Source of the DNA: Prevotella sp.
GTDB taxonomy: Bacteria > Bacteroidota > Bacteroidia > Bacteroidales > Bacteroidaceae
Assembly (NCBI GenBank): GCA_017458005.1
Contig: JAFTGH010000033.1
Location: forward strand, 62,091-126,090
DNA: 64,000 bases
Direction of reading: 5' to 3'
The notes under the pieces: generated by a model
What the model was told of the DNA's origin: nothing
Seen by the model: the letters and a program-made list of their open reading frames with translations, nothing else
Databases searched by the model: none
Shown here: one piece after another, positions 1-7,468 of the stretch
How the letters are laid out: every line of letters begins with the position of its first letter
Position numbering within the stretch: the stretch's first letter is position 1
Made by a program: the position numbers and the translations under genes

Positions 1-630
1 GCAGCCATCGAGGCAGATGTGGAACTTCAGAGCCTTGCCGAGAAGAAGGATGCTAAGGTAGAGAAGAAAGACGAGCCAGAAGTTGAGAAGATTGAGGTAG
101 AGCGCGTCAAGAGTTCTGTAGCCTTTACCGTTCCTGAAATCAAGAAGGATAATGAGGTGAAGGAAGATCAGGAGATGAAATCTCAGGAAGAACTGCAGGA
201 GACCAACACCGCTATCGGTGCCTTCAACGTTGAGGGTAATGACGAGACGGCTGGTGAGGTCCTCAAGGCAAAGGAAGTGATTGCTGAGCCAGAGCCACCA
301 AAGGTGGAGGAGACCAAGGTCTTCGACGTGGTAGAGCAGATGCCTTCGTTCCCCGGTGGACAAGGTGCGCTGATGTCATGGCTGGGTAGCAATATCAAGT
401 ATCCTGTTGTGGCTGAGGAGAATGGTGTACAGGGTCGCGTCGTTTGTACCTTCGTGGTTGAGCGCGACGGTTCTATCACGGACGTGAAAGTGGTCCGTGG
501 TGTTGACCCCTCACTGGACAAGGAGGCTGTACGCGTGCTCAAGGCTATGCCTAAATGGATTCCTGGTAAGCAGAACGGTTCAGCAGTACGTGTAAAGTAC
601 ACTGTTCCCGTAACCTTCAAACTGCAGTAA
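1..630 (+). CDS. TonB-family energy transducer, C-terminal part (5' end outside window)
   Basis: Frame 1 is open from base 1. Glu/Lys/Pro-rich linker followed by TonB C-terminal domain pattern (MPSFPGG..ALMSWL..YPVVAEENGVQGRVVCTFVVERDGSI..VKVVRG). Confidence 0.85.
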   Translation, partial: AAIEADVELQSLAEKKDAKVEKKDEPEVEKIEVERVKSSVAFTVPEIKKDNEVKEDQEMKSQEELQETNTAIGAFNVEGNDETAGEVLKAKEVIAEPEPPKVEETKVFDVVEQMPSFPGGQGALMSWLGSNIKYPVVAEENGVQGRVVCTFVVERDGSITDVKVVRGVDPSLDKEAVRVLKAMPKWIPGKQNGSAVRVKYTVPVTFKLQ

Positions 631-633
631 TCA

Positions 634-1590
634 ATGACAAAGAACGTATTCAACAAGATTGTTGGATTAACACTTATCTTAGGCTTGCTCCCTTCATGTG
701 GGAGCAAGCCTAATCCTGAATTGGAGGAAGCCTATCAGAAAGCCGCAGAGGCTTTTGTGTCTGATGAGAGTTTCTATCCTATCCTCGATGAGGAACTGTT
801 CTATTTCAACAGCCAGCGCTTAGACACAATAGGCGTGGAGTATATGAATGAGCAGGAAGCCGTCGAGAAACTGATGAAGTTGGAGACATGGCTTGCCTTC
901 ACCACCCGCGACTTCACGGCAAAGGAGAGGAAGAGCCTGCAAGACCGTAAGTATATGCCCCGTGGTATTCCCATCGCTTACGACGGTCTCTCCATCATTG
1001 TCAACAACACCAATCCCGACAGTTGCATTACCATCAAGGATTTTGCACGCATCCTTCGTGGAGAGGTCACCCAATGGGGTGATATCTATCCCAACTCTAA
1101 GTTGGGGACTATTGATGTCGTCTTCGACAATCCCCTATCCAGCACCGTCCGCTGGTGTGTGGACTCCATCCTTGGTGGAAAGGAGTTTACCAATCCTAAC
1201 ATCGGAGCGGTGAAGACCAGTGCCGCCGTGATCGACTATGTGGAGAACCACAAGAACTCCTTAGGCATTATCGGCTCAAACTGGTTGAACGACAAACGTG
1301 ATACCACGAATGTCACCTTTAAGAAGAATATAACCGTGATGGGTGTCTCAAAACTCGACTCTGCCACCAAGGCAAACAGTTGGAAGCCCTATCAATACTA
1401 TTTATATAACGGTAACTATCCCTTACGTCGTACCATCTATGCGTTGCTGAACGACACCCGTAATGGTACACCGACGGCATTTGCCCATTACATCCAGTTG
1501 CCCAAGGGACAACTCGTCATCCTCCGCTCTGGCTTGCTGCCACGCTCCGCGAACATGAATGTGAGGCAGGTGATTGTCAACAAGGAATAA
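634..1590 (+). CDS. PstS-family (type 2 periplasmic binding fold) substrate-binding lipoprotein
   Basis: Lipobox LLPSCGS. PBP_like_2-type pattern (IAYDGLSIIVNNTNP..ITIKDFARILRGEVTQWGDIY..LGIIGSNW). Starts 4 nt after the tonB stop. Confidence 0.8.
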   Translation: MTKNVFNKIVGLTLILGLLPSCGSKPNPELEEAYQKAAEAFVSDESFYPILDEELFYFNSQRLDTIGVEYMNEQEAVEKLMKLETWLAFTTRDFTAKERKSLQDRKYMPRGIPIAYDGLSIIVNNTNPDSCITIKDFARILRGEVTQWGDIYPNSKLGTIDVVFDNPLSSTVRWCVDSILGGKEFTNPNIGAVKTSAAVIDYVENHKNSLGIIGSNWLNDKRDTTNVTFKKNITVMGVSKLDSATKANSWKPYQYYLYNGNYPLRRTIYALLNDTRNGTPTAFAHYIQLPKGQLVILRSGLLPRSANMNVRQVIVNKE

Positions 1591-1665
1591 ACCATCTCGA
1601 CGATTTTACGTCATACAGATAAACGAGACCAAGAACACGATGTTGAACTTAATAATGAAGAAATT

Positions 1666-3087
1666 ATGAAAACAATGAAATATCTATTAATGGGAGCGCT
1701 GATGTTAGGATTCGGCACTCAGGTGATGGCACAGGACGGCTCTAAGGCCGATGTTGATGCCGTGAAGAGAATTATTAGTAGCAAACCCGCTGATCTCGAC
1801 AAGCAGATGAAGCCTTTCTATAAGGCTAACAAGAAGAACGCAGAGAACCTGCTCGCTTTCGGTCGTGCTTTCTATGAGGCAAAAGACACTGCCAACGCAC
1901 GTGTTTACGCACAGTATGCTTTGGATGCCTCCAAGAACAAGTATGCCCCTGCTTATGTCCTGTTAGGCGACATCGCTGCCCTGGCAGATGATGGTGGTGC
2001 GGCAGCAGCCCAGTACGACCAGGCTATCTATTACGACAAGAAGTTAGTCGAGGCATACCGTAAGTATGCGATGGTCTATCGTAAGATTGACCCAAGAGGC
2101 GCCGCTCAGAAACTCGATGAGTTGAAGGCTAACTGCCCGGAGGTTAGTGTTGATGCCATCAAAGGACATATCTTTATGGTTGGTGGTGATGAGAAAGCCG
2201 CTTATAACGAGTTCAAGAAGGTGCCCATCGCCCAACTTGACAAGGACTACCTGAACGAGTTTGCACGTGTTAGTTATTTCCAGGGTCACTACGAGGATGC
2301 GCTGGCTGCCTGCGAGCAAGGTCTGAAGGACAAGCCCCGCAACGCCACGTTCACCCGTCTTGCCATGTTCAGCAACTATGAGTTGAAGAACTACGAGGCT
2401 GCCAAGGGTTATATCTATAAGTATTTCAACGAGACTGATAGCGCCAAGTACTCTGAGTACGACCACTATTATTCCGCATTGATCTACGACGCACTGGGTG
2501 AGAAGGAGAACGCCTATGCTCAGTATGACTTGGCTCTGAAACTCGTGCAGGACGACTCTATGATTAAGCGTTGGCAGATTCTGAAGACGCTCTCTGACGC
2601 CTACCTGAAAGACAAGGATTTCGAGAAGGCAATCAGTTACTATCAGGAGTTCACCGCCAGCAAGCCTGGTCTGACTTTCGACGATGAGGAGGCACTTGCG
2701 AACATCTATAGCAAGTATGCTGACGCTGATGCCGCAAAGAAGGTGGACCTCACCAACAAGGCTGCTGATGTCTATGGCACCCTGGCAGAGAAATATCCTA
2801 ACCAGAAGGCTTATGCGATGTATATGCGCGCTAGTCTGAGAAACAAGTTGGACAACAACATGGAGAAGAGTCTTGCCAAGCCTGACTATCAGAAAGTAAT
2901 CGAGGTACTGGCAGCAAAGGCAGACCGCACCAAGGGTGAGAACACCATGCTGAAGACCGCCTACCACTATATGATGTTCAACGAGTATATCAACAAGAAT
3001 GTGGCAGGTGCCAAGAGTTATGCCGAGAAGATTCTCGCTATCGACCCAGCCTATCAGCCCGCTATTGAGATTCAGAATCTGAAGTAA
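1666..3087 (+). CDS. TPR-repeat exported protein
   Basis: Signal peptide ending VMAQ, then repeated A/Y/L-rich 34-aa-type helical repeats over 473 aa. Followed by a hairpin terminator. Confidence 0.8.
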   Translation: MKTMKYLLMGALMLGFGTQVMAQDGSKADVDAVKRIISSKPADLDKQMKPFYKANKKNAENLLAFGRAFYEAKDTANARVYAQYALDASKNKYAPAYVLLGDIAALADDGGAAAAQYDQAIYYDKKLVEAYRKYAMVYRKIDPRGAAQKLDELKANCPEVSVDAIKGHIFMVGGDEKAAYNEFKKVPIAQLDKDYLNEFARVSYFQGHYEDALAACEQGLKDKPRNATFTRLAMFSNYELKNYEAAKGYIYKYFNETDSAKYSEYDHYYSALIYDALGEKENAYAQYDLALKLVQDDSMIKRWQILKTLSDAYLKDKDFEKAISYYQEFTASKPGLTFDDEEALANIYSKYADADAAKKVDLTNKAADVYGTLAEKYPNQKAYAMYMRASLRNKLDNNMEKSLAKPDYQKVIEVLAAKADRTKGENTMLKTAYHYMMFNEYINKNVAGAKSYAEKILAIDPAYQPAIEIQNLK

Positions 3088-3110
3088 TCAGATACACATT
3101 ATTATATATA

Positions 3111-3146
3111 AAGAGGTGAGTCATGCTTTTGACTCACCTCTTTTTC
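3111..3146 (+). terminator. Rho-independent terminator after TPR gene
   Basis: agaggtgagtca / tgactcacctct stem followed by TTTTT. Confidence 0.8.
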
Positions 3147-3169
3147 ATGTCCCTTGCCACATGACAAAC

Positions 3170-3196
3170 AAAAAGGCTTCCCTGATGGGAAGCCCT
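3170..3196 (-). terminator. Rho-independent terminator after ferredoxin gene
   Basis: Minus sense gggcttccc-atca-gggaagcc followed by TTTTT. Confidence 0.75.
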
Positions 3197-3218
3197 CGTT
3201 CACTATTTGTGATTAGCG

Positions 3219-3389
3219 TTATGCCGGAAGGCTGATAGCCTCAGACGGACAAACATCAGCACATGTGCCGCACTCTGTGCAAACATCGGGGTTGATAGAA
3301 TACTTATCGCCCTCAGAGATTGCTCCTGCTGGGCACTCATCGATACATGTTCCACATGCGATGCAGTCGTCACCAATTACGTATGCCAT
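3219..3389 (-). CDS. 2x[4Fe-4S] ferredoxin (56 aa, below ORF-track cutoff)
   Basis: My translation is MAYVIGDDCIACGTCIDECPAGAISEGDKYSINPDVCTECGTCADVCPSEAISLPA, with two CxxCxxCxxxCP motifs. It has its own -7 box upstream and a terminator downstream. Confidence 0.9.
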   Translation of the reverse strand: MAYVIGDDCIACGTCIDECPAGAISEGDKYSINPDVCTECGTCADVCPSEAISLPA

Positions 3390-3438
3390 AATCTTTGTTA
3401 TTTAAAATGTTAATACTAAATACTTACTTTTGATGATG

Positions 3439-3446
3439 CAAAGATA
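3439..3446 (-). promoter_or_regulatory. -7 box TAtcTTTG, ferredoxin gene
   Basis: Consensus match 50 nt upstream of ATG 3389. Confidence 0.55.
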
Positions 3447-3545
3447 GTGATTATTTTCGATAAATACCTAATATTAGTTAGACATTTTTTATAATTTATA
3501 CGATGTCGAAATAATAAAAATGCGCATACCTACGTTATTTTTTAT

Positions 3546-4295
3546 GTGAAAAGACGAAGTATTCTCCTTCTTGCCGTCATACTCGTCGGCAGTCTCGCTG
3601 GGTTTGCGCAGCAACGTAAGGTGCAGCACAAGCCCTATATCGATTTGCGCCCCCTCCACTTCGGCATCGTGGTAGGCACTCACCTGCAGGACATCGAGTT
3701 TGAGAATGTGGGACCACAAACGATTGTTGACGAGGAAGGCAATGTCAGCGAGCACCTTATCGTAGCGGATGCTGACAAGTGGAATCCCGGTTTCTCGGTG
3801 GGGGTCCTTGCCGAACTACGTCTCCATGAGAACTTCGCCTTGCGTTTCTCACCCTCCATGTACTTTGGAGCCAAGCATCTCACCTTCCTCGACCTGAAGG
3901 ACCTTGATGAGAACGGTCGCCCGCACAAGGTGATGCAAGACCTTAAGAACACCTATGTCGGGCTGCCTGTTGACATCAAGTTCAGTGCCCCTCGTTTCAA
4001 CAACTACCGTCCCTTTATCTCTGCGGGTGTCAGTGGGATAATCAATTTGACGGGAGGTGGTGAGGACTATGTCAGCCTGAAACGTTTCACGACCATGGTG
4101 CAGGTGGGCTTAGGGTGTGACTTCTACCTGCCTTTCTTCAAACTCATCCCCGAGTTGAAGTTCTGCTACGGACTGGGCAACTCACTTGACACCAACCATA
4201 TCAACGAACTGCGCGATGCTAACCGCAGAGCCTATGCAGGCAGTGTCAGCAACGCGCAGTCGAAGATGATTTTGCTCTCGTTCTATTTCGAGTAG
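3546..4295 (+). CDS. Outer-membrane beta-barrel protein, PorT-like
   Basis: GTG start; signal peptide MKRRSILLLAVILVGSLAGFAQ. Alternating hydrophobic beta-strand pattern, 249 aa. The PorT assignment rests on size and pattern only. Confidence 0.65.
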   Translation: MKRRSILLLAVILVGSLAGFAQQRKVQHKPYIDLRPLHFGIVVGTHLQDIEFENVGPQTIVDEEGNVSEHLIVADADKWNPGFSVGVLAELRLHENFALRFSPSMYFGAKHLTFLDLKDLDENGRPHKVMQDLKNTYVGLPVDIKFSAPRFNNYRPFISAGVSGIINLTGGGEDYVSLKRFTTMVQVGLGCDFYLPFFKLIPELKFCYGLGNSLDTNHINELRDANRRAYAGSVSNAQSKMILLSFYFE

Positions 4296-4312
4296 AGCAT
4301 TACAAGTATCGC

Positions 4313-5200
4313 TTACCTTTTTATTAGATTCATAGTCATCTTCCCCACGAAGATAGCATGCTTCCCGTTCTGGTCGACAGGCACCTGCTTGCCGTCCATA
4401 TTAGGCAAATACTCCAATTGCTGGAAATAGGTATGGGTATGTCCTCCCAGCACCAGGTCGATATCCCTGGAGCGGGGTACCACATACTGGTCATCCTCCC
4501 CACGGTTGCTGAGCCATCCGAGGTGCGACAGGCAGATCACCACGTCACATCCCTTCTCTCTCTTGAGCATCGTCGCAGTCTCCAGAGCCACTTTGGCAGG
4601 GTCGAGATACTTCACTCCCTCGCAGTTCTTCGCCGACACCAGTCCCTCCATCTTTGGCGACAAGCCGAAGACACCGATGCGCACTCCTTTGCGCTTGAGG
4701 ATGACATACGGCTTCACCAGTCCCTCCACAGGAGTCCCCGTGAAGTCGTAGTTGGCACAGACGATGGGGAAGGTAGCCATCTTGAACACACGAGCCATCT
4801 CCTCCAGTCCGAAGTCGAACTCATGGTTGCCGATAGTCACGGCATCATACCCCATCTTGTTCATCAGTCCTATCTCCACCTCTCCCTTAAAGAAAGTATA
4901 GTAGGCTGACCCTTGGAAGAAGTCACCACTATCGAACAATAGCAGGTCTGGCTCTTTCTGACGCTCCTCCCTCAACATGGCGATACGGCGCAAAGCCCCT
5001 GCCCTACCCGCTTTCATGGTATCGGGCAGATTCTTCTTGATAGGAAGTATCGTACTATGTGTATCATTCGTATGCAGCACCACAAGTTGCTTTTGCGCCC
5101 CCACTGTTAAAGGTAAAAAGGTAAGAAGGTAAAAAGGTAAAAGGGATACCACCATTTTTACCCCCTTATGATATATATTATTTGTTATTGTAATCATCAT
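4313..5200 (-). CDS. Calcineurin-like metallophosphoesterase (N-terminal-type domain of UshA/5'-nucleotidase)
   Basis: Motifs HTNDTHS, GDFFQG, GNHEFD, GGHTH. Signal peptide ..LLPFYLLTFLPLTVGAQ. ATG 5200 abuts the octamer spacer; ATG 5155 is an alternative start. Confidence 0.85.
   Translation of the reverse strand: MMITITNNIYHKGVKMVVSLLPFYLLTFLPLTVGAQKQLVVLHTNDTHSTILPIKKNLPDTMKAGRAGALRRIAMLREERQKEPDLLLFDSGDFFQGSAYYTFFKGEVEIGLMNKMGYDAVTIGNHEFDFGLEEMARVFKMATFPIVCANYDFTGTPVEGLVKPYVILKRKGVRIGVFGLSPKMEGLVSAKNCEGVKYLDPAKVALETATMLKREKGCDVVICLSHLGWLSNRGEDDQYVVPRSRDIDLVLGGHTHTYFQQLEYLPNMDGKQVPVDQNGKHAIFVGKMTMNLIKR
5109..5145 (-). repeat. Complementary octamer tract inside the CDS (encodes LPFYLLTFLPL), locus 1
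   Basis: 5113-5135 is a perfect 23-bp inverted repeat of 5218-5240. Confidence 0.9.
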
Positions 5201-5236
5201 TTTTTTACTTCTTTACTTTTTTACCTTCTTACCTTT
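5201..5236 (-). repeat. Octamer (GTAAAAAG-type) intercistronic spacer, locus 1
   Basis: mRNA sense reads gagTAAaaaggtaagaaggtaaaaaagtaaagaagtaaaaaaATG. It fills the gap from stop 5237-5239 to ATG 5200. Confidence 0.9.
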
Positions 5237-5998
5237 TTACTCTTTTACTATCACTCGTCCTTCCATTTCCGCATCCACCATCTTCCCCTGCTTCGTCTGC
5301 TCACGGAAGTAGTTCATAATGATGAAGCGGGTGTTGTTCTCATACTCCTGAGGGGAGTTCACCTGCTTGCTCTTCTGGAAAGCAAGCATCTTGTCATTGC
5401 CACCCACCAGATAGTCGATGGTCGCAATGCGATAGTCACGATTCGGGTCGATGGGCTCTCCCTTCAGTGACGCGCTCACCAACTTACCATCCCGCGTGAT
5501 GACCAACCTCACGCCGTGGCTCACACCCTCACCACCTGTCGAGGCAAACTGGCTGAAGAGTTCCAGCACCTCCTCACCTGTCAAGGTCACAAAGGCTATC
5601 TTATTCTCAAAGGGCGCGATATCAAGGACATCGCCGTAAGTCACATCACCTTTGGGCAGATCGGCACGCACACCTCCCATATTATACACGCCAAAGTCGG
5701 GGTGCTCATGGTAGACGTCCGATGCCCATACCATGATATCGGCAAGCAGGTTTGACAACTCGCTCTCTGGGCGATGGGGTGTCATATACTTCGCAGAGCG
5801 ACCCACGACAGGTCCCATCACACTGTCTACCACCTGCTGATAATGCGCCATGAAATCCACTGCTCCCGCATCTTGGTAATGGTCGTAACGGGCATCTACC
5901 AGGATACGACTGCGCTCCACCGATGCCACCTCGTAGTGCGAGCGGCATGCCGCTAGCACCGCAGCCATCACTACCACCAGAACATATTTTCTACTCAT
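5237..5998 (-). CDS. 5'-nucleotidase C-terminal (substrate-binding) domain lipoprotein
   Basis: Lipobox VLAAC. 5_nucleotid_C-like pattern (IAFVTLTGEEVLELF..YRIATIDYLVGGNDKM). Confidence 0.85.
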   Translation of the reverse strand: MSRKYVLVVVMAAVLAACRSHYEVASVERSRILVDARYDHYQDAGAVDFMAHYQQVVDSVMGPVVGRSAKYMTPHRPESELSNLLADIMVWASDVYHEHPDFGVYNMGGVRADLPKGDVTYGDVLDIAPFENKIAFVTLTGEEVLELFSQFASTGGEGVSHGVRLVITRDGKLVSASLKGEPIDPNRDYRIATIDYLVGGNDKMLAFQKSKQVNSPQEYENNTRFIIMNYFREQTKQGKMVDAEMEGRVIVKE

Positions 5999-6068
5999 CG
6001 CTTTTTATCGTTTTTAAGTCTACAAATATACGAAAAAAGATTTGGAATACAAAAAAACATTCGTTTTA

Positions 6069-6100
6069 TTTGGTTTTTTGCTCACTTATTCGTACCTTTG
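6069..6100 (+). promoter_or_regulatory. Promoter of rplS (TTTG-N20-TAccTTTG)
   Basis: Both -33 and -7 elements present at canonical spacing. Confidence 0.7.
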
Positions 6101-6191
6101 CACCCGCTTTTCGGCGTAACCGATGGAGGGAAGTCACGAGTTGCCCGTCTATGTTGCGTTGGAACGATACAACAATTTAATAAGAAAAGAA

Positions 6192-6551
6192 ATGGATCTA
6201 ATTAAAGTTGCTGAAGAAGCATTTGCAACCGGCAAGAAGTTCCCAGAGTTCAAGGCTGGTGACACTGTAACTGTCGCTTACAAAATTATCGAGGGTTCTA
6301 AAGAGCGTATCCAGCTCTACCGTGGCGTTGTCATTAAGATCTGCGGTCATGGAGAGAAGAAGCGCTTCACTGTTCGCAAGATGTCTGGTACCATTGGTGT
6401 AGAGCGTATCTTCCCCATCGAGTCTCCAAACATCGACAGCATTGAGGTGAACAAGGTTGGTAAGGTTCGTCGCGCTAAGCTTTACTATCTGCGCAATCTC
6501 ACAGGTAAGGCTGCCCGTATCAAGGAGAAGCGCCACAACGTGGGTGAGTAA
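6192..6551 (+). CDS. rplS: 50S ribosomal protein L19
   Basis: [54 protein letters not shown]. The ORF-track start 6123 is an upstream extension. Confidence 0.95.
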   Translation: MDLIKVAEEAFATGKKFPEFKAGDTVTVAYKIIEGSKERIQLYRGVVIKICGHGEKKRFTVRKMSGTIGVERIFPIESPNIDSIEVNKVGKVRRAKLYYLRNLTGKAARIKEKRHNVGE

Positions 6552-6571
6552 TCCACCGACCCGCACAGCAT

Positions 6572-6606
6572 AAAAAAGAGACATCACAACGGATGTCTCT
6601 TTTTTA
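6572..6606. terminator. Bidirectional terminator between rplS and the convergent small gene
   Basis: gagacatc / gatgtctc stem flanked by an A-run and a T-run. Confidence 0.8.
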
Positions 6607-6801
6607 TTTCCCTGGTTTCTCTCCTACCTCATAGTTCGACTCCCCGTCGTCATCACCATGCAGTGCATTCTGGAACGAGTCCCAGTCCTGATAGCCTGCC
6701 AGCAACGACAGGCGGTCGAGCGTCTTCCTGTTCGGCTTGTGCAGCAGCTCCTTCTCTACTGCCTCCAGCAGTTTGCGCAATGCGTGTCTTTTCTCCATCA
6801 T
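6604..6801 (-). CDS. Hypothetical small protein (65 aa)
   Basis: A minus-strand TAccTTTG -7 box at 6820-6827 lies inside the 81-aa ORF-track call, so the ATG at 6801 (MMEKRH..) is the more likely start. I recognise no family. Confidence 0.45.
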   Translation of the reverse strand: MMEKRHALRKLLEAVEKELLHKPNRKTLDRLSLLAGYQDWDSFQNALHGDDDGESNYEVGEKPGK

Positions 6802-6819
6802 ATTTCCATTAATCGCCTG

Positions 6820-6827
6820 CAAAGGTA
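6820..6827 (-). promoter_or_regulatory. -7 box TAccTTTG, small hypothetical gene
   Basis: Consensus match 19 nt upstream of ATG 6801. Confidence 0.5.
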
Positions 6828-6878
6828 CGCATAATTCTTCTAAATCCATTGTTTTTGCGGCAGATTAATTTCTGCGGG

Positions 6879-7297
6879 CATTTCTGACGGGAAAGCGTGT
6901 CTGCCGGAAATGGGAGAAAAAAGTATTTTGTCAAGAAAACTTGTCGAAATTCTTGTATAGGTTTTTGCACCTTCTAGGATTTCCGACGGCATCTTCGAGG
7001 GGTAAAAGGGGGTGTTTCGGAGTTTGAAGGCACCTTCGGGGGAGGAAGTCGGCACCTTCCGACCCCGAAGGTGCCGACTTCCTCCCCCGAAGGTACGTCC
7101 TAAATCGGTGGAAAAAAGCACTAAAAACAGCGTTTTTCGGTCGGTTTTGGGGTCTTTCCAAGGGGTATAATCGGGGTATTTGAGGATAATCGACTGACGC
7201 ACAACGTATTACGATAACGCCTCCTATTTCGCGAATTTGAGACCAATTGAGGACTTGGTGGATTTCACGCGATTCTACAGAAGCACTTTGTCAAAAT
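6879..7297 (+). repeat. Intergenic repeat element, copy A (~420 bp) with 27-bp perfect central hairpin
   Basis: Blocks alignable with 43900-44300 (gtcaagaaaa.ttg.tcgaaa..; cgcg.atttgagacc.aat..aggacttg.tggatttc.cgcga). Hairpin arms 7033-7059 and 7067-7093. Confidence 0.8.
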
Positions 7298-7468
7298 GTT
7301 TCATGGAAGCCCCTGAAAAAAGACGAGTTTCGTTAACATACTTTAAGGGGGGGTAACGGTTATTAACCAAAATCTTTGTACATTTGCAACATGTTTTGGA
7401 ACACAGTGACAGAAAGCATGTATAAAACGATATAACCATTAATAAAACAATTAAAAACATTTTTGCTT

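Noticed and set aside
5113-5240. Invertible-DNA (phase-variation shufflon) reading of the 23-bp inverted repeat
   Set aside because: No invertase or recombinase gene is in the window. The same repeat occurs as single arms at two other loci, and the arms are explained by the spacer and signal-peptide roles. It is kept only as a minor alternative inside the finding.
5168-5470. Plus-strand ORFs starting in the octamer tracts (5168-5470 and 13574-14029; peptides like FFTSLLFYLLTFLLFYY)
   Set aside because: They are wrong-strand translations of the repeat and then run antisense through the neighbouring real genes.
6840-7202. ORFs across the intergenic repeat elements (6840-7202, 6931-7161, 43900-44145, 43746-44003, 30297-30500)
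   Set aside because: The peptides (for example GTFGGGSRHLRGRKVPTSSPEG) are read-throughs of GC-rich palindromes. Frames are not conserved between copies A and B, although the DNA blocks are.
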